64,000 nucleotides of DNA. It comes from Escherichia coli (GTDB lineage Bacteria; Pseudomonadota; Gammaproteobacteria; Enterobacterales; Enterobacteriaceae). Of the stretch, positions 9,648 through 19,198 are shown in pieces (the stretch's first letter is position 1; each line of letters starts with the position of its first letter). The position numbers and the translations under genes are program-made. The DNA is taken from NCBI RefSeq assembly GCF_001677475.2, contig NZ_CP015229.1; one strand, written 5' to 3'. Under the pieces are notes generated by a model. That model was not told where the DNA came from, did no database searches, and saw nothing but the letters and a program-made list of their open reading frames with translations.

Positions 9648-10154
9648 TTGAGTATTTTCAATAAACACGCACACCAGGAACGTCCGTACATCGTCATAGT
9701 AGATATTGATGGGACGATATCAGAGGCAACGGAAGACAGGCTGCATTTACTTCCACCACCAGGTAAAGGTGCATTAACAGAGCACTGGAACGAGTTTAAC
9801 CTTGCCTGTGAAACTGATGCTCCCATTACTCCAGTTATTGATATGGTGCGCCAGTTATCCAGCATTTACACGGTCTGGTTTGTAACCGGGCGCTGTGAGA
9901 TCGCAAGGGATAAAACACGAGCCTGGCTGCGAAAGTACGTAACAAACGGGGATGAGCCTTTGCTATCTATGCGTCCTGCCACCGATGACAGAAATGACGG
10001 TCCAGCAAAGATTGATCTCCTGAAGAAAATTGGTCTAAGTAAAATTGCGTTCGCGCTGGAAGATAAGATTGAAGTGGCGCGTGTTTTCAGGAGTCACGGC
10101 GTACTTACATTAATGGTTAGGGAGTATGAAAATGCGCTTCTTCATCAACAATAA
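9648..10154 (+). CDS. HAD-superfamily hydrolase/phosphatase-like protein
   Basis: 168-aa track ORF; TTG start 7 nt after GAGGAGGG; HAD motif I VIVDIDGT. Confidence 0.6.
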   Translation: MSIFNKHAHQERPYIVIVDIDGTISEATEDRLHLLPPPGKGALTEHWNEFNLACETDAPITPVIDMVRQLSSIYTVWFVTGRCEIARDKTRAWLRKYVTNGDEPLLSMRPATDDRNDGPAKIDLLKKIGLSKIAFALEDKIEVARVFRSHGVLTLMVREYENALLHQQ

Positions 10155-10170
10155 TTGCTCTAATAAATGT
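10154..10170 (+). promoter_or_regulatory. C1-repressor operator
   Basis: ATTGCTCTAATAAATGT, 16/17. Confidence 0.7.
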
Positions 10171-10252
10171 TGATTTTTAAAACAGAGAAAGTGAAAATAA
10201 AAACATGCCGCAAGGCGCGGCATGTATCCAATCAATCACAGGAGCTGAAAAT

Positions 10253-10339
10253 ATGAACACGGCATTCAAAATCATTATGGCCGCGATCTATTTCTGGCTG
10301 TTCTCTATCACTTTTGGCGGCATCGTCGCGCATGGGTAA
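10253..10339 (+). CDS. 28-aa hydrophobic peptide (tentative)
   Basis: AGGAG 8 nt upstream of the ATG; translation MNTAFKIIMAAIYFWLFSITFGGIVAHG; below the track size cutoff. Confidence 0.3.
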   Translation: MNTAFKIIMAAIYFWLFSITFGGIVAHG

Positions 10340-10348
10340 GGGGGATGC

Positions 10349-11077
10349 ATGAAAGGCGAAGTGAAAGAGCGCGGCATGATTTTCAACGATGAGATGGTCC
10401 GGGCCATCCTCGAAGGAAGGAAAACGCAGACGCGGCGGATAATGAAAAATCAGCCTGCGGAAGTTGGTCCAGAAGCACCAGTGATGGTTAGAAAAATTGG
10501 TGCAGGTTTTCAGTGGTACGGGGCTGATGGTGTAAGCAGTGTTTTCAATTGCCCCTTTGGTATCGTCGGCGATCGAATTTGGGTTCGTGAAACATGGGCG
10601 ATATTAGGCAATGAGGATGGTTGCAGTGTGGACTGGAACGACAACCCTTGTCGTGGCGATGAGAAGAACGCAGCAAGGATTTATCGGGCCAGTTGTGAGC
10701 AAAAGCCTGGTGATTACGGCTTATGGTCGATACCCGATGATGCCGACTGGAAACCTCACACTGTGAATGAAAAGTTTGATGGTGGGTGGCGTCCATCAAT
10801 TCACATGCCGCGATGGGCATCACGCATTCTGTTGGAAATTACCAACGTGCGCGTTGAGCGGTTGAACGATATCAGCGAATGCGATGCAGGGGCTGAGGGC
10901 GTTCCGCCTGCTGGAAGTTTACTTCCTGATTACCCGGGAACATTCCTTACTCCCAATGGGGACTTCGCAATGGCCAAGGTTGCGTTCCAGCGTCTGTGGG
11001 AGTCCATCTACGGCGAAGAAAGCTGGAACGCTAATCCCTGGGTGTGGGTAATCGAGTTTAAGCGCATTCAGGAATAA
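10349..11077 (+). CDS. phage protein with ASCH/PUA-like N-terminal domain
   Basis: 242-aa track ORF; MIFNDEMVRAILEGRKTQTRR motif typical of this prophage family. Confidence 0.55.
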   Translation: MKGEVKERGMIFNDEMVRAILEGRKTQTRRIMKNQPAEVGPEAPVMVRKIGAGFQWYGADGVSSVFNCPFGIVGDRIWVRETWAILGNEDGCSVDWNDNPCRGDEKNAARIYRASCEQKPGDYGLWSIPDDADWKPHTVNEKFDGGWRPSIHMPRWASRILLEITNVRVERLNDISECDAGAEGVPPAGSLLPDYPGTFLTPNGDFAMAKVAFQRLWESIYGEESWNANPWVWVIEFKRIQE

Positions 11078-11080
11078 ACC

Positions 11081-11353
11081 GTGAGTATGCATCAAGTCGT
11101 CAGCTTTTCAGGTGGACGAACATCGGCTTATCTCGTTCATCTGATGGAAGCACAGCGAAAAGCTGGCGCTAGCGTCCATTTCATTTTTATGGATAAGTCT
11201 TACGGCTGGACTGAGTGCGATACCTTCGAAAGGTATTACGATTGGTCGAGAAACAAATGGTGGGCAGTCACTGACGATGGGGAAGAATCAGCATCGAAAC
11301 TAACTCACTGGATGCCACTACCAGAACCGCCACAGGAGTCGAAGAGTGAATAA
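11081..11353 (+). CDS. PAPS-reductase-like PP-loop fragment (90 aa, probably a truncated remnant)
   Basis: VVSFSGGRTSAYLVHL...FIFMD resembles the N-terminal PP-loop of PAPS-reductase-family proteins, but the ORF is far too short for the full domain. Confidence 0.4.
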   Translation: MSMHQVVSFSGGRTSAYLVHLMEAQRKAGASVHFIFMDKSYGWTECDTFERYYDWSRNKWWAVTDDGEESASKLTHWMPLPEPPQESKSE

Positions 11354-11552
11354 AGCAGAGTTATTTCAGAAAATATCGGCTCTCGCGACTGAATGCCACG
11401 CTATAGCATCTGAGCTTGATGTTGGCGATGAACGAACCGAGATGTTCGAAATATACAGTGTGCTGCGCAATCTCTGTCGGCGTGGCTACGCCACTCAAGT
11501 AGGGCGAATGACTAACCCACTACTCTCATCCTGTGATGAGGATGACGAATGA
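11346..11552 (+). CDS. hypothetical protein
   Basis: 68-aa track ORF overlapping neighbours by a few nt. Confidence 0.4.
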   Translation: MNKAELFQKISALATECHAIASELDVGDERTEMFEIYSVLRNLCRRGYATQVGRMTNPLLSSCDEDDE

Positions 11553-12214
11553 TGCATAAATCAGTAGCCGGTGAGTTTCAGAAGGAAGTCGATAATACTA
11601 CCGTTCTATTGGACGATATTTTAAGCATTCTCGCGCTGCTTGAGGCTGGCGATTGGTCAGAACATTGCACTAAAACAGAGCTAGGCGGTCGGCTTGAAAG
11701 AGAGATTACACGGCTTGTTGGTGATGCGCAGGAAGCTACAGTCACTAGTTATGAGTTAATCGCTGAAGCCTGGCGTTTGATGGATGGACAAGATCCTAAA
11801 ACAAGCGATTGGCATAGCAAGGCTTCGAAGTATTTAAATTCCAATAGGGTAGAAAAAGTTGATGATGTGAAACCGAAGCCAGTAGACCACGGTTTCCGCG
11901 ATAACTGCGAATGCTCTAGTTGCCAGACCACGGCCCGTATTTGTTCCGAATTGACAGATAAGTCCAGCCTAATCTACGAAGTTAATGTAGGCGGTAATAC
12001 ATGGGTCGAATGCACAAGAGCTGCATACGTAAGAGCAAAAGACAAGGGTGAATTAACCAGAGTTGTTACCAATCACCCAAATAATGAGCTTAAAGATCAC
12101 CAGATTCGAGAACTGGTGAACGAGTTGAGGGATATTGCGGTTCAGTACCACGGAACGCAGCAATTGCGGGAGAAGATTGCCAGAGCAGTGAACAACTCAG
12201 TCCGTAAAAAATAA
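11549..12214 (+). CDS. hypothetical protein
   Basis: 221-aa track ORF; ATGA overlap with the upstream ORF. Confidence 0.6.
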   Translation: MMHKSVAGEFQKEVDNTTVLLDDILSILALLEAGDWSEHCTKTELGGRLEREITRLVGDAQEATVTSYELIAEAWRLMDGQDPKTSDWHSKASKYLNSNRVEKVDDVKPKPVDHGFRDNCECSSCQTTARICSELTDKSSLIYEVNVGGNTWVECTRAAYVRAKDKGELTRVVTNHPNNELKDHQIRELVNELRDIAVQYHGTQQLREKIARAVNNSVRKK

Positions 12215-12427
12215 GCAATAGTACGATAAAGAGGCCCCATGCTCTTGATGGGGCCTGTAGCAACTAGCGTTATGGACGCTGGTTTACGTACTCAATGATC
12301 GCTTTGATAATCGCGAACATCGGCGGCACGATTTTGAACAGTAAGTTAACCATAACAGGTCTCACTTAGTTTTATCGCGCCTAGCTGCAAATACCTTTGG
12401 GCTTGCCTTTGCAGTTGCAATATCTGT

Positions 12428-12620
12428 AGTCGCCAGATACTTACGGCACGATTTCGAGTTAAGGTAAGGTTTTAGAGTCACCAAAAACCTGGACTTAAAT
12501 CTTCTTTGAGAACAACGATGTTTAGTAAATGGTCATTATTACCTGGTATGACCACTCAACGTTTCTTGATGAATCCAGTACATTCGGTTAATCTTAATTC
12601 AGTCGCCAGATACTTATGGC
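12428..12620 (+). repeat. two 20-bp direct repeats AGTCGCCAGATACTTAYGGC (12428-12447 and 12601-12620) in a structured non-coding region
   Basis: 19/20 identical copies 173 bp apart, with several hairpins between and after them; no ORF with a plausible start in 12215-13015. Confidence 0.6.
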
Positions 12621-12653
12621 TCAGGAACAGAGCCGCAAACTCTGTTTCCTCTT

Positions 12654-12685
12654 AAAAAGCCCAGCCTAGTCAACTGGGCTTTTTA
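12654..12685 (+). terminator. rho-independent terminator
   Basis: AGCCCAG-loop-CTGGGCT stem with A-run before and T-run after. Confidence 0.7.
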
Positions 12686-12980
12686 ATGTCTATTTTTAAC
12701 CCAATGAACCTTCAATACCGCAACATCAGTGTCTTGCGAATTAAGATAGTGTGTATAGGTTATACATGCAAGTGCATAACTCTGTGGATAACTCAGGAAG
12801 GAAAAAGTAGCTTCCGCGCAATTTAGGCCAGACAAGGCTTTCGCAAAAGTCAACGGAGAGAAAAAATTTGTTAAAAATAACGTTTGTTGGAATTGTATAT
12901 ATTTATGCCTTTCAATAGTTAGCATCTTATTAACATCTTTTTTAAGAGATAGAGTTCAAAAATATATAGCTTCAACATAT

Positions 12981-13000
12981 ACCGTATGTATATACAGTAT
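12981..13000 (+). promoter_or_regulatory. LexA (SOS) box-like sequence upstream of humD
   Basis: ACCGTATGTATATACAGTAT: perfect CAG half and alternating TA core, CCG instead of CTG in the other half; 16 nt before the humD ATG. Confidence 0.4.
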
Positions 13001-13015
13001 TAAGAGGCGAGTATT

Positions 13016-13405
13016 ATGGGCTTCCCTTCTCCTGCGGCGGATTATGCTGAGAGCCGTATTTCTCTTGATCAGCAGATAATTAGACATCCTTCAGCGACCT
13101 ACTTCATGAGGGCAGCTGATAGTCATCACCGTGAGGGAATATTGCAGGGTGCTTTGCTGGTGGTTGATTCTTCGCTTACTCCAGTTGATGGTTCGCTGCT
13201 TGTCTGCGCTATGGAGGGTGAATATCGCATAAAGAGATACCGAAAGTATCCGCGTCAGCACCTTGAGGATTTAAGCACCGGGAAGAAAGAGGCGTTACCA
13301 GTAGATGACGATGGTTACACGGGTAGTAATGCTGTTTTTGGTGTGATCACTCATGTCATTAATGATGCCCGAAGTGGGGAATTTGATGATTGTCCGGTGA
13401 TTTAA
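13016..13405 (+). CDS. humD: UmuD-like protein (LexA/S24 peptidase fold)
   Basis: 129 aa; UmuD-like S24 fold with a putative SOS box upstream; sits immediately before phd-doc as in P1. Confidence 0.8.
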   Translation: MGFPSPAADYAESRISLDQQIIRHPSATYFMRAADSHHREGILQGALLVVDSSLTPVDGSLLVCAMEGEYRIKRYRKYPRQHLEDLSTGKKEALPVDDDGYTGSNAVFGVITHVINDARSGEFDDCPVI

Positions 13406-13440
13406 GCTGCAAAGTGCTGGTGCTTTATGCCTGTGAAGTT

Positions 13441-13470
13441 TATAATTGTGTACACATAACGAGTACACGA
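13441..13470 (+). promoter_or_regulatory. phd-doc promoter/operator region
   Basis: TATAAT followed by palindromic GTGTACAC and GAGTACAC elements just upstream of phd. Confidence 0.55.
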
Positions 13471-13477
13471 GGTGTTT

Positions 13478-13699
13478 ATGCAATCCATTAACTTCCGTAC
13501 CGCGCGCGGCAACCTTTCTGAAGTGCTCAACAATGTTGAAGCCGGGGAAGAGGTTGAAATCACTCGCAGAGGCCGTGAGCCAGCAGTAATTGTCAGCAAG
13601 GCTACTTTCGAAGCCTACAAAAAAGCGGCGCTGGATGCCGAATTTGCATCCCTGTTTGACACCCTGGACTCCACCAACAAGGAACTGGTAAACCGATAA
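13478..13699 (+). CDS. phd: Phd antitoxin
   Basis: 73 aa [49 protein letters not shown]... matches P1 Phd as recalled; stop overlaps the doc start. Confidence 0.92.
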
Positions 13700-14079
13700 T
13701 GAGGCATATATCACCGGAAGAACTTATTGCGCTTCATGATGCGAATATAAGCCGCTACGGCGGCCTGCCGGGAATGTCAGATCCGGGTAGGGCAGAGGCC
13801 ATTATCGGGAGAGTTCAGGCCAGAGTTGCCTACGAAGAGATCACCGACCTTTTCGAAGTCTCCGCCACCTACCTGGTGGCTACTGCGAGAGGGCATATAT
13901 TCAATGATGCCAATAAGCGTACCGCGCTAAACAGTGCGCTGCTATTTCTACGCCGTAACGGGGTGCAGGTATTTGATTCACCAGAACTGGCAGACCTTAC
14001 CGTAGGGGCTGCGACCGGAGAGATATCTGTATCTACTGTCGCCGCCACGTTACGTAGATTGTATGGTTCTGCGGAGTAG
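13699..14079 (+). CDS. doc: Doc toxin (Fic-fold kinase)
   Basis: 126 aa [25 protein letters not shown]...; size and sequence as P1 Doc. Confidence 0.92.
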
Positions 14080-14083
14080 ATTA

Positions 14084-14263
14084 ATGGCACGTAAATACAA
14101 CAAATTGTCCCGTAGAGCGTTAAAGATGCTTCTTGATGGCGTGAGTCGCCGCGAGGTAAAGCAATACCTGGTTGGTAAGCAAATTGGTGCCAGGACCGCT
14201 ATTGCTGTGTTATGCCGTCAGGAAATGGTTGTGCTTAAACAGAAAATGCCGGGCAGCAGATAA
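14084..14263 (+). CDS. small basic protein (at the P1 pdcA position)
   Basis: track ORF 14063-14263 trimmed to the ATG just after the doc stop. Confidence 0.4.
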   Translation: MARKYNKLSRRALKMLLDGVSRREVKQYLVGKQIGARTAIAVLCRQEMVVLKQKMPGSR

Positions 14264-14290
14264 AGCCCAATCAGTGATTAAAGGTGTGAT

Positions 14291-15334
14291 GTGAAAGCCG
14301 TAATTACTCCCTTTGTACAAAAAGAGCTTGGCCTCGCCACATTCAAAGTGGATCAGGAAGTCAGAAAGCTGGTGGAGGCTGGCCGTAAATTTATTATGGA
14401 GCCGGTGCCGCGTGAGTTAATCGAGCACATGGACGACGGCCTCGTTGTTTCCGAGCAAACCATGGCAACAAATGAGGCGTTGCAGCCGTTTTTTAACAGC
14501 GATGAACTGTTTCGCCGTATTGGTGGAATTGACGCGCTGGTGGCGTGGTTGCGCAGGAAAGAGGGGCGATGCCAGGCCGCAGATCGTAGTTGGTGTGACA
14601 ACCATATTGTCCACGCTGAACGAGACAATAGCGCGGTGTTGTTGTGCTGGCATCACGATAACCATTACCGGATGCGTGGTTTTAATGAGCTGAAAGAAAC
14701 GCTGCATAATAATCGCGTTAACTGGATGCTGGATGTCGCCCGTCAGGAAATGGGGCTTTCAGATGGCCATGATTTAAGTATTCAGGAACTGTGCTGGTGG
14801 GCTTTCATGCGCAACATGATGCACCTGATGCCGGAAGAAGTCTGCCGTATATCAATAAATAAGATGAAAGCTGCAACGCAGGATAGCGGACCTCTGAAAG
14901 AGGCGGATATTCGCCCGTATGACGATCGCGCTACAGCATATGTTCAGATGATGGAAGAACGCGCCGCGCCGATGCGTGCAAAAGTATGCCCTGTGGATGT
15001 TGACTCCGACCCAGGTATGGCGCATTTCAAAATACCAAAACTTCAATCGCTAAAATTGCCCGAGTACATGGACTTTGTGGCTTCCCGTCCATGCTGTGGC
15101 TGTGGAGCTGCGAGAGCTGGCGCTCACATTACGCCTTATATCGTTCGTCATAGTCGATTATGCGCGCATGACATTTACGCAATTCCTCTGTGCCAGTCAT
15201 GCCAGCGTGATATTGAGCGTGACCGCGATAATTGGGAGAAAACGCACGGCAGGCTGGCGATGCATCAACGATTGTTCTTTGATTACGCGCTTGGAGTCGG
15301 CGCTATCACAAGTCATTCGTCGTGTGTTAGATAA
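14291..15334 (+). CDS. hypothetical Cys-rich protein (at the P1 pdcB position)
   Basis: 347-aa track ORF; GTG start after AAGGTG. Confidence 0.6.
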   Translation: MKAVITPFVQKELGLATFKVDQEVRKLVEAGRKFIMEPVPRELIEHMDDGLVVSEQTMATNEALQPFFNSDELFRRIGGIDALVAWLRRKEGRCQAADRSWCDNHIVHAERDNSAVLLCWHHDNHYRMRGFNELKETLHNNRVNWMLDVARQEMGLSDGHDLSIQELCWWAFMRNMMHLMPEEVCRISINKMKAATQDSGPLKEADIRPYDDRATAYVQMMEERAAPMRAKVCPVDVDSDPGMAHFKIPKLQSLKLPEYMDFVASRPCCGCGAARAGAHITPYIVRHSRLCAHDIYAIPLCQSCQRDIERDRDNWEKTHGRLAMHQRLFFDYALGVGAITSHSSCVR

Positions 15335-15335
15335 A

Positions 15336-15352
15336 ATTGCTCTAATGCATTG
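15336..15352 (+). promoter_or_regulatory. C1-repressor operator
   Basis: ATTGCTCTAATGCATTG, 14/17, 2 nt after the upstream stop. Confidence 0.6.
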
Positions 15353-15422
15353 ATATTTCTTTAATCTAGTGTATTATATTGCACGTTGATTAGTTGACAT
15401 GGGCTAATCAGTAGGTGACAGG

Positions 15423-15875
15423 ATGTTACTTAACTGGCAGGGACGCCACTTCATGGAAATAAATCACTCACGAATAACATCGTATGAGATTGCGGATTAC
15501 ATGATCCGCACTAAATCTCTTCTATCAGCGAAAGAACTCGCAGCAATCCTTGAAAAGGAATACCCGCATCTGGATGTCGATAAGCGCGACGTTTATCTGC
15601 GCTTAAAGGCTATCGCTGTGTCTAAGTATTCGTCTGTTTTGATTGATGACAGTACACGCCCACGTAGATTTCAGATCCACTCTCTGAATCCTGAATTCTT
15701 TCGCCGCAGCCGCGCGCCGCGCCGGTTTGATGAAAAACTCCAGAACGAACTCTATATGACGCAGGACGAAAAGGAACGCCGGGAGCACCAGCCTTGGGTA
15801 ATGGCGCGTCAACTTTTCAATAAGGTGGCCCGTCAGCACCGTCATTACGGTAATGCCACATCCGCACGTATCTGA
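15423..15875 (+). CDS. putative late-promoter activator (Lpa-like)
   Basis: 150-aa track ORF immediately upstream of pacA and preceded by a C1 operator, as for P1 lpa; assignment by position and size only. Confidence 0.5.
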   Translation: MLLNWQGRHFMEINHSRITSYEIADYMIRTKSLLSAKELAAILEKEYPHLDVDKRDVYLRLKAIAVSKYSSVLIDDSTRPRRFQIHSLNPEFFRRSRAPRRFDEKLQNELYMTQDEKERREHQPWVMARQLFNKVARQHRHYGNATSARI

Positions 15876-15960
15876 TTGATTGCTTGCCCGTTCCGGGCCT
15901 TTTGACATGTGACTTTCGTTACCCTCGCGTCAAAAAGAGTTTTTACGAAAGGAAGCATAA

Positions 15961-17154
15961 GTGACCTGGGACGATCACAAGAAGAATTTTGCTCGCCTGG
16001 CGCGAGATGGTGGTTACACCATCGCACAGTATGCCGCCGAGTTTAATCTTAACCCTAATACCGCACGTCGTTATCTCCGTGCCTTCAAAGAAGACACCAG
16101 GACAGCGGACAGCCGCAAGCCAAATAAGCCAGTCAGGAAGCCACTAAAAAGCATGATCATTGATCACTCTAATGATCAACATGCAGGTGATCACATTGCG
16201 GCTGGAATAGCGAAAAAACAAAGAGTTAATGCCGTTGTCAGTGCCGCAGTCGAGAATGCGAAGCGCCAAAATAAGCGCATAAATGATCGTTCTGATGATC
16301 ATGACGTGATCACCCGTGCCCACCGGACCTTACGTGATCGCCTGGAACGCGACACCCTGGATGATGATGGTGAACGCTTTGAATTCGAAGCTGGCGATTA
16401 CCTGATAGATAACGTTGAAGCGCGGAAGGCCGCGCGCGCTATGTTGCGTCGGTCCGGGGCCGATGTTCTGGAAACCACTCTTCTGGAAAAGTCTCTTTCT
16501 CATCTCATTATGCTGGAGAACGCCAGGGATACGTGTATTCGCCTGGTGCAGGAAATGCGCGATCAGCAAAAAGACGATGATGAAGGTACTCCGCCTGAAT
16601 ACCGTATCGCGAGCATGCTAAACAGCTGTTCCGCGCAGATAAGCAGTCTGATCAACACCATTTACAGCATCCGGAATAACTATCGAAAAGAAAGCCGGGA
16701 GGCGGAAAAGCACGCTTTATCTATGGGGCAAGCTGGCATTGTTAAGCTGGCATACGAACGAAAGCGTGAAAATAACTGGTCAGTGCTGGAAGCAGCTGAA
16801 TTCATCGAGGCGCATGGTGGGAAAGTGCCGCCCCTGATGCTGGAGCAAATCAAAGCCGATCTGCGTGCTCCTAAGACCAATACCGATGATGAGGAAAGGC
16901 AAACTGCCGTCGGTGGCCCTTCTCTTGAAGATCTGGACAAAGTTGCGCGAGAACGGGCCGCCAACCGCCGCGCCGATGCCGCATTGTGGATTGAGCAACG
17001 TAGGGAAGAAATCGCCGATATCGTTGATACAGGCGGTTATGGAGATGTTGATACTGAAGGTGTATCAAACGAACCATGGCTGGAACAAGACCTGGACGAA
17101 GACGAGGAGGAAGACGAAGAAGTTACCCGCAAGCTATACGGGGATGATGATTAA
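15961..17154 (+). CDS. pacA: terminase (pacase) small subunit PacA
   Basis: 397 aa; GTG start after AAGGAAG; contains the pac hexamer cluster; precedes pacB with a 1-nt overlap. Confidence 0.85.
   Translation: MTWDDHKKNFARLARDGGYTIAQYAAEFNLNPNTARRYLRAFKEDTRTADSRKPNKPVRKPLKSMIIDHSNDQHAGDHIAAGIAKKQRVNAVVSAAVENAKRQNKRINDRSDDHDVITRAHRTLRDRLERDTLDDDGERFEFEAGDYLIDNVEARKAARAMLRRSGADVLETTLLEKSLSHLIMLENARDTCIRLVQEMRDQQKDDDEGTPPEYRIASMLNSCSAQISSLINTIYSIRNNYRKESREAEKHALSMGQAGIVKLAYERKRENNWSVLEAAEFIEAHGGKVPPLMLEQIKADLRAPKTNTDDEERQTAVGGPSLEDLDKVARERAANRRADAALWIEQRREEIADIVDTGGYGDVDTEGVSNEPWLEQDLDEDEEEDEEVTRKLYGDDD
16154..16312. other. pac packaging site (4 + 3 hexamers TGATCA/TGATCG flanking the cleavage region)
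   Basis: TGATCA at 16154, 16161, 16173, 16188 and TGATCG/TGATCA at 16284, 16296, 16307, all containing Dam GATC, inside pacA as described for P1 pac. Confidence 0.7.
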
Positions 17155-18638
17155 TGGCCAGAAGTTGCGTAACGGATCCGCGTTGGCGCGAGCTGGTGGC
17201 GCTATATCGTTATGACTGGATTGCGGCGGCAGATGTTTTGTTCGGCAAAACACCTACCTGGCAGCAGGATCTGATTATTGAGTCTGTGCAGGAACAGGGT
17301 AGCAAGACATCTGTTTCGTCTGGTCACGGTACCGGGAAATCAGACATGACTTCTATCATGATCATGTTGTTCATAATCATGTATCCCGGTGCCCGCGCCA
17401 TTATCGTTGCGAACAAAATTCAGCAGGTAATGACCGGTATATTCAAGTACATCAAGATAAACTGGGCTACGGCCACCAGCCGTTTTCCATGGCTTGCTGA
17501 TTATTTTGTTCTGACAGAAACCGCTTTCTATGAGGTTACTGGTAAAGGTGTATGGACTGTAGTACCGAAGGGCTTTCGTCTGGGAAGTGAAGAAGCTCTC
17601 GCTGGTGAACACGCAGACCATCTTCTGTATATTATCGATGAAGCCTCCGGTGTCAGTGATAGAGCTTTCGGTATCATCACCGGTGCTCTTACCGGACAGG
17701 ATAACCGCATCTTATTGCTGTCACAGCCTACACGCCCAAGCGGCTATTTCTACGATACTCACCATAAACTGGCCAAGCGTCCTGGTAACCCTGATGGCGT
17801 TTATACGGCGATCACGCTTAACAGTGAGGAATCACCGCTGGTAACGCCAGCATTTATCAAAATGAAGCTGGCGGAGTACGGCGGGCGTGATAACCCTATG
17901 TACATGATTAAGGTACGCGGCCTATTCCCTAAATCACAGGATGGCTTCCTTCTTGGACGTGATGAGGTTGAACGTGCAACGCGGCGGAAAGTCAAGATTG
18001 CCAAAGGATGGGGCTGGCTTGCATGTGTGGACGTTGCTGGTGGTACGGGACGGGATAAGTCCGTTATCAATATCATGATGGTGTCCGGCCAGCGAAATAA
18101 ACGCCGTGTAATCAACTATCGAATGCTGGAATACACAGACGTTACAGAAACGCAGCTTGCTGCCAAAATTTTCGCAGAATGTAATCCTGAGCGATTCCCC
18201 AATATCACCATAGCGATAGACGGCGATGGCCTGGGTAAAGCAACGGCGGATCTGATGTACGAGTATTATGGTATTACCGTACAGCGTATACGCTGGGGTA
18301 AAAAGATGCATAGCCGTGAAGATAAGAGCCTGTACTTTGATAAACGTGCTTATGCCAACGTTCAAGCCGCAGAGGCCGTAAAATCTGGTCGTATGAGACT
18401 GGATAAGGGTAATGAAACTATTGAGGAAGCGTCGAAAATCCCTGTAGGGATTAACTCCGCAGGTCAATGGAAGGTGATGAGTAAGGAGGATATGAAGAAA
18501 AAACTCAACCTGCACTCACCAGACCATTGGGATACATATTGTTTCGCTATGCTGGCGGATTATGTTCCCCAGGATGAAGTGCTTAGCGTCGAAGACGAAG
18601 CGCAGGTTGATGAAGCTCTGGCATGGCTTAATGAATGA
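17154..18638 (+). CDS. pacB: terminase large subunit PacB
   Basis: 494 aa; ATPase motifs GHGTGKS and LYIIDEASG. Confidence 0.9.
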   Translation: MARSCVTDPRWRELVALYRYDWIAAADVLFGKTPTWQQDLIIESVQEQGSKTSVSSGHGTGKSDMTSIMIMLFIIMYPGARAIIVANKIQQVMTGIFKYIKINWATATSRFPWLADYFVLTETAFYEVTGKGVWTVVPKGFRLGSEEALAGEHADHLLYIIDEASGVSDRAFGIITGALTGQDNRILLLSQPTRPSGYFYDTHHKLAKRPGNPDGVYTAITLNSEESPLVTPAFIKMKLAEYGGRDNPMYMIKVRGLFPKSQDGFLLGRDEVERATRRKVKIAKGWGWLACVDVAGGTGRDKSVINIMMVSGQRNKRRVINYRMLEYTDVTETQLAAKIFAECNPERFPNITIAIDGDGLGKATADLMYEYYGITVQRIRWGKKMHSREDKSLYFDKRAYANVQAAEAVKSGRMRLDKGNETIEEASKIPVGINSAGQWKVMSKEDMKKKLNLHSPDHWDTYCFAMLADYVPQDEVLSVEDEAQVDEALAWLNE

Positions 18639-18641
18639 ATA

Positions 18642-18658
18642 TTTGCTCTAATAAATTG
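18642..18658 (+). promoter_or_regulatory. C1-repressor operator (Op51-like, heading the immI-like module)
   Basis: TTTGCTCTAATAAATTG, 15/17, immediately after the pacB stop. Confidence 0.65.
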
Positions 18659-18699
18659 TGTTTTTTAACTACCGATGTTACATTGAACCTGACCTCTTG

Positions 18700-18815
18700 C
18701 GCCTTGAGGCATTTTCGGTTTATGCTGATCAGGCACCTCATTAAAACGGGTGCCGGGATTGGCCTCCCGCTTAAGTCTAAGGCGATACAGACGCCGCTCG
18801 CGTCTTTTTTTGTAT
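18700..18815 (+). ncRNA. candidate c4-type antisense regulatory RNA region
   Basis: GC-rich structured stretch ending in hairpin GACGCCGCTCGCGTC plus a T7 run, between the operator and the icd ribosome-binding site; placed by analogy with P1 immI; boundaries approximate. Confidence 0.3.
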
Positions 18816-18976
18816 CGGCGTACACGCACACCTCTACAATGGTGGGCTGTATGGGGCTACCTTCGGGTAGGCTGGTTACCTTGGACGCCAGTAAGGCCAA
18901 CTCCGTACAGTCCACCGCCAGCAAGATTGGTCTCTTCTGCGGTGGTTACATACCAACGTCTAAGGAGGCTGCCATT

Positions 18977-19198
18977 ATGGCTACTACCCCTACCCCAGCT
19001 CACCCTGAATTCATCTGGCGCTTTTACTCCTGCCAGAAACGTCACTATCACTTCGTTATCGCACCAACAGAAGATGAGGCACGTTCTCAGCTTCCGGATG
19101 CTCCCTGTATTTTCTCCGCCCGTTTTTCTACCGATTTGCGCAATTCTCTCAGTTACTGGTGCCCCCCTGTAAACGCTTGTGCTCAGGAGGGACTATGA
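18977..19198 (+). CDS. icd: Icd-like small protein
   Basis: 73 codons; TAAGGAGG 6 nt upstream of the ATG; stop overlaps the ant ATG (ATGA), matching the P1 icd/ant arrangement. Confidence 0.55.
   Translation: MATTPTPAHPEFIWRFYSCQKRHYHFVIAPTEDEARSQLPDAPCIFSARFSTDLRNSLSYWCPPVNACAQEGL

Noticed and set aside
12683-12925. 80-aa minus-strand ORF upstream of humD
   Set aside because: Lies in the AT-rich promoter and SOS-box region, with no start context.
12215-13015. tRNA genes or a CRISPR array in the long non-coding region
   Set aside because: No T-arm GGTTCGA-like motifs or cloverleaf-compatible segments, and only two copies of the 20-bp repeat separated by unique sequence.
18635-19198. 187-aa and 140-aa overlapping ORFs spanning the region between pacB and ant
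   Set aside because: They run through GC-rich structured sequence interpreted as regulatory RNA; only the last 73 codons, which have a strong ribosome-binding site, are kept as icd-like.
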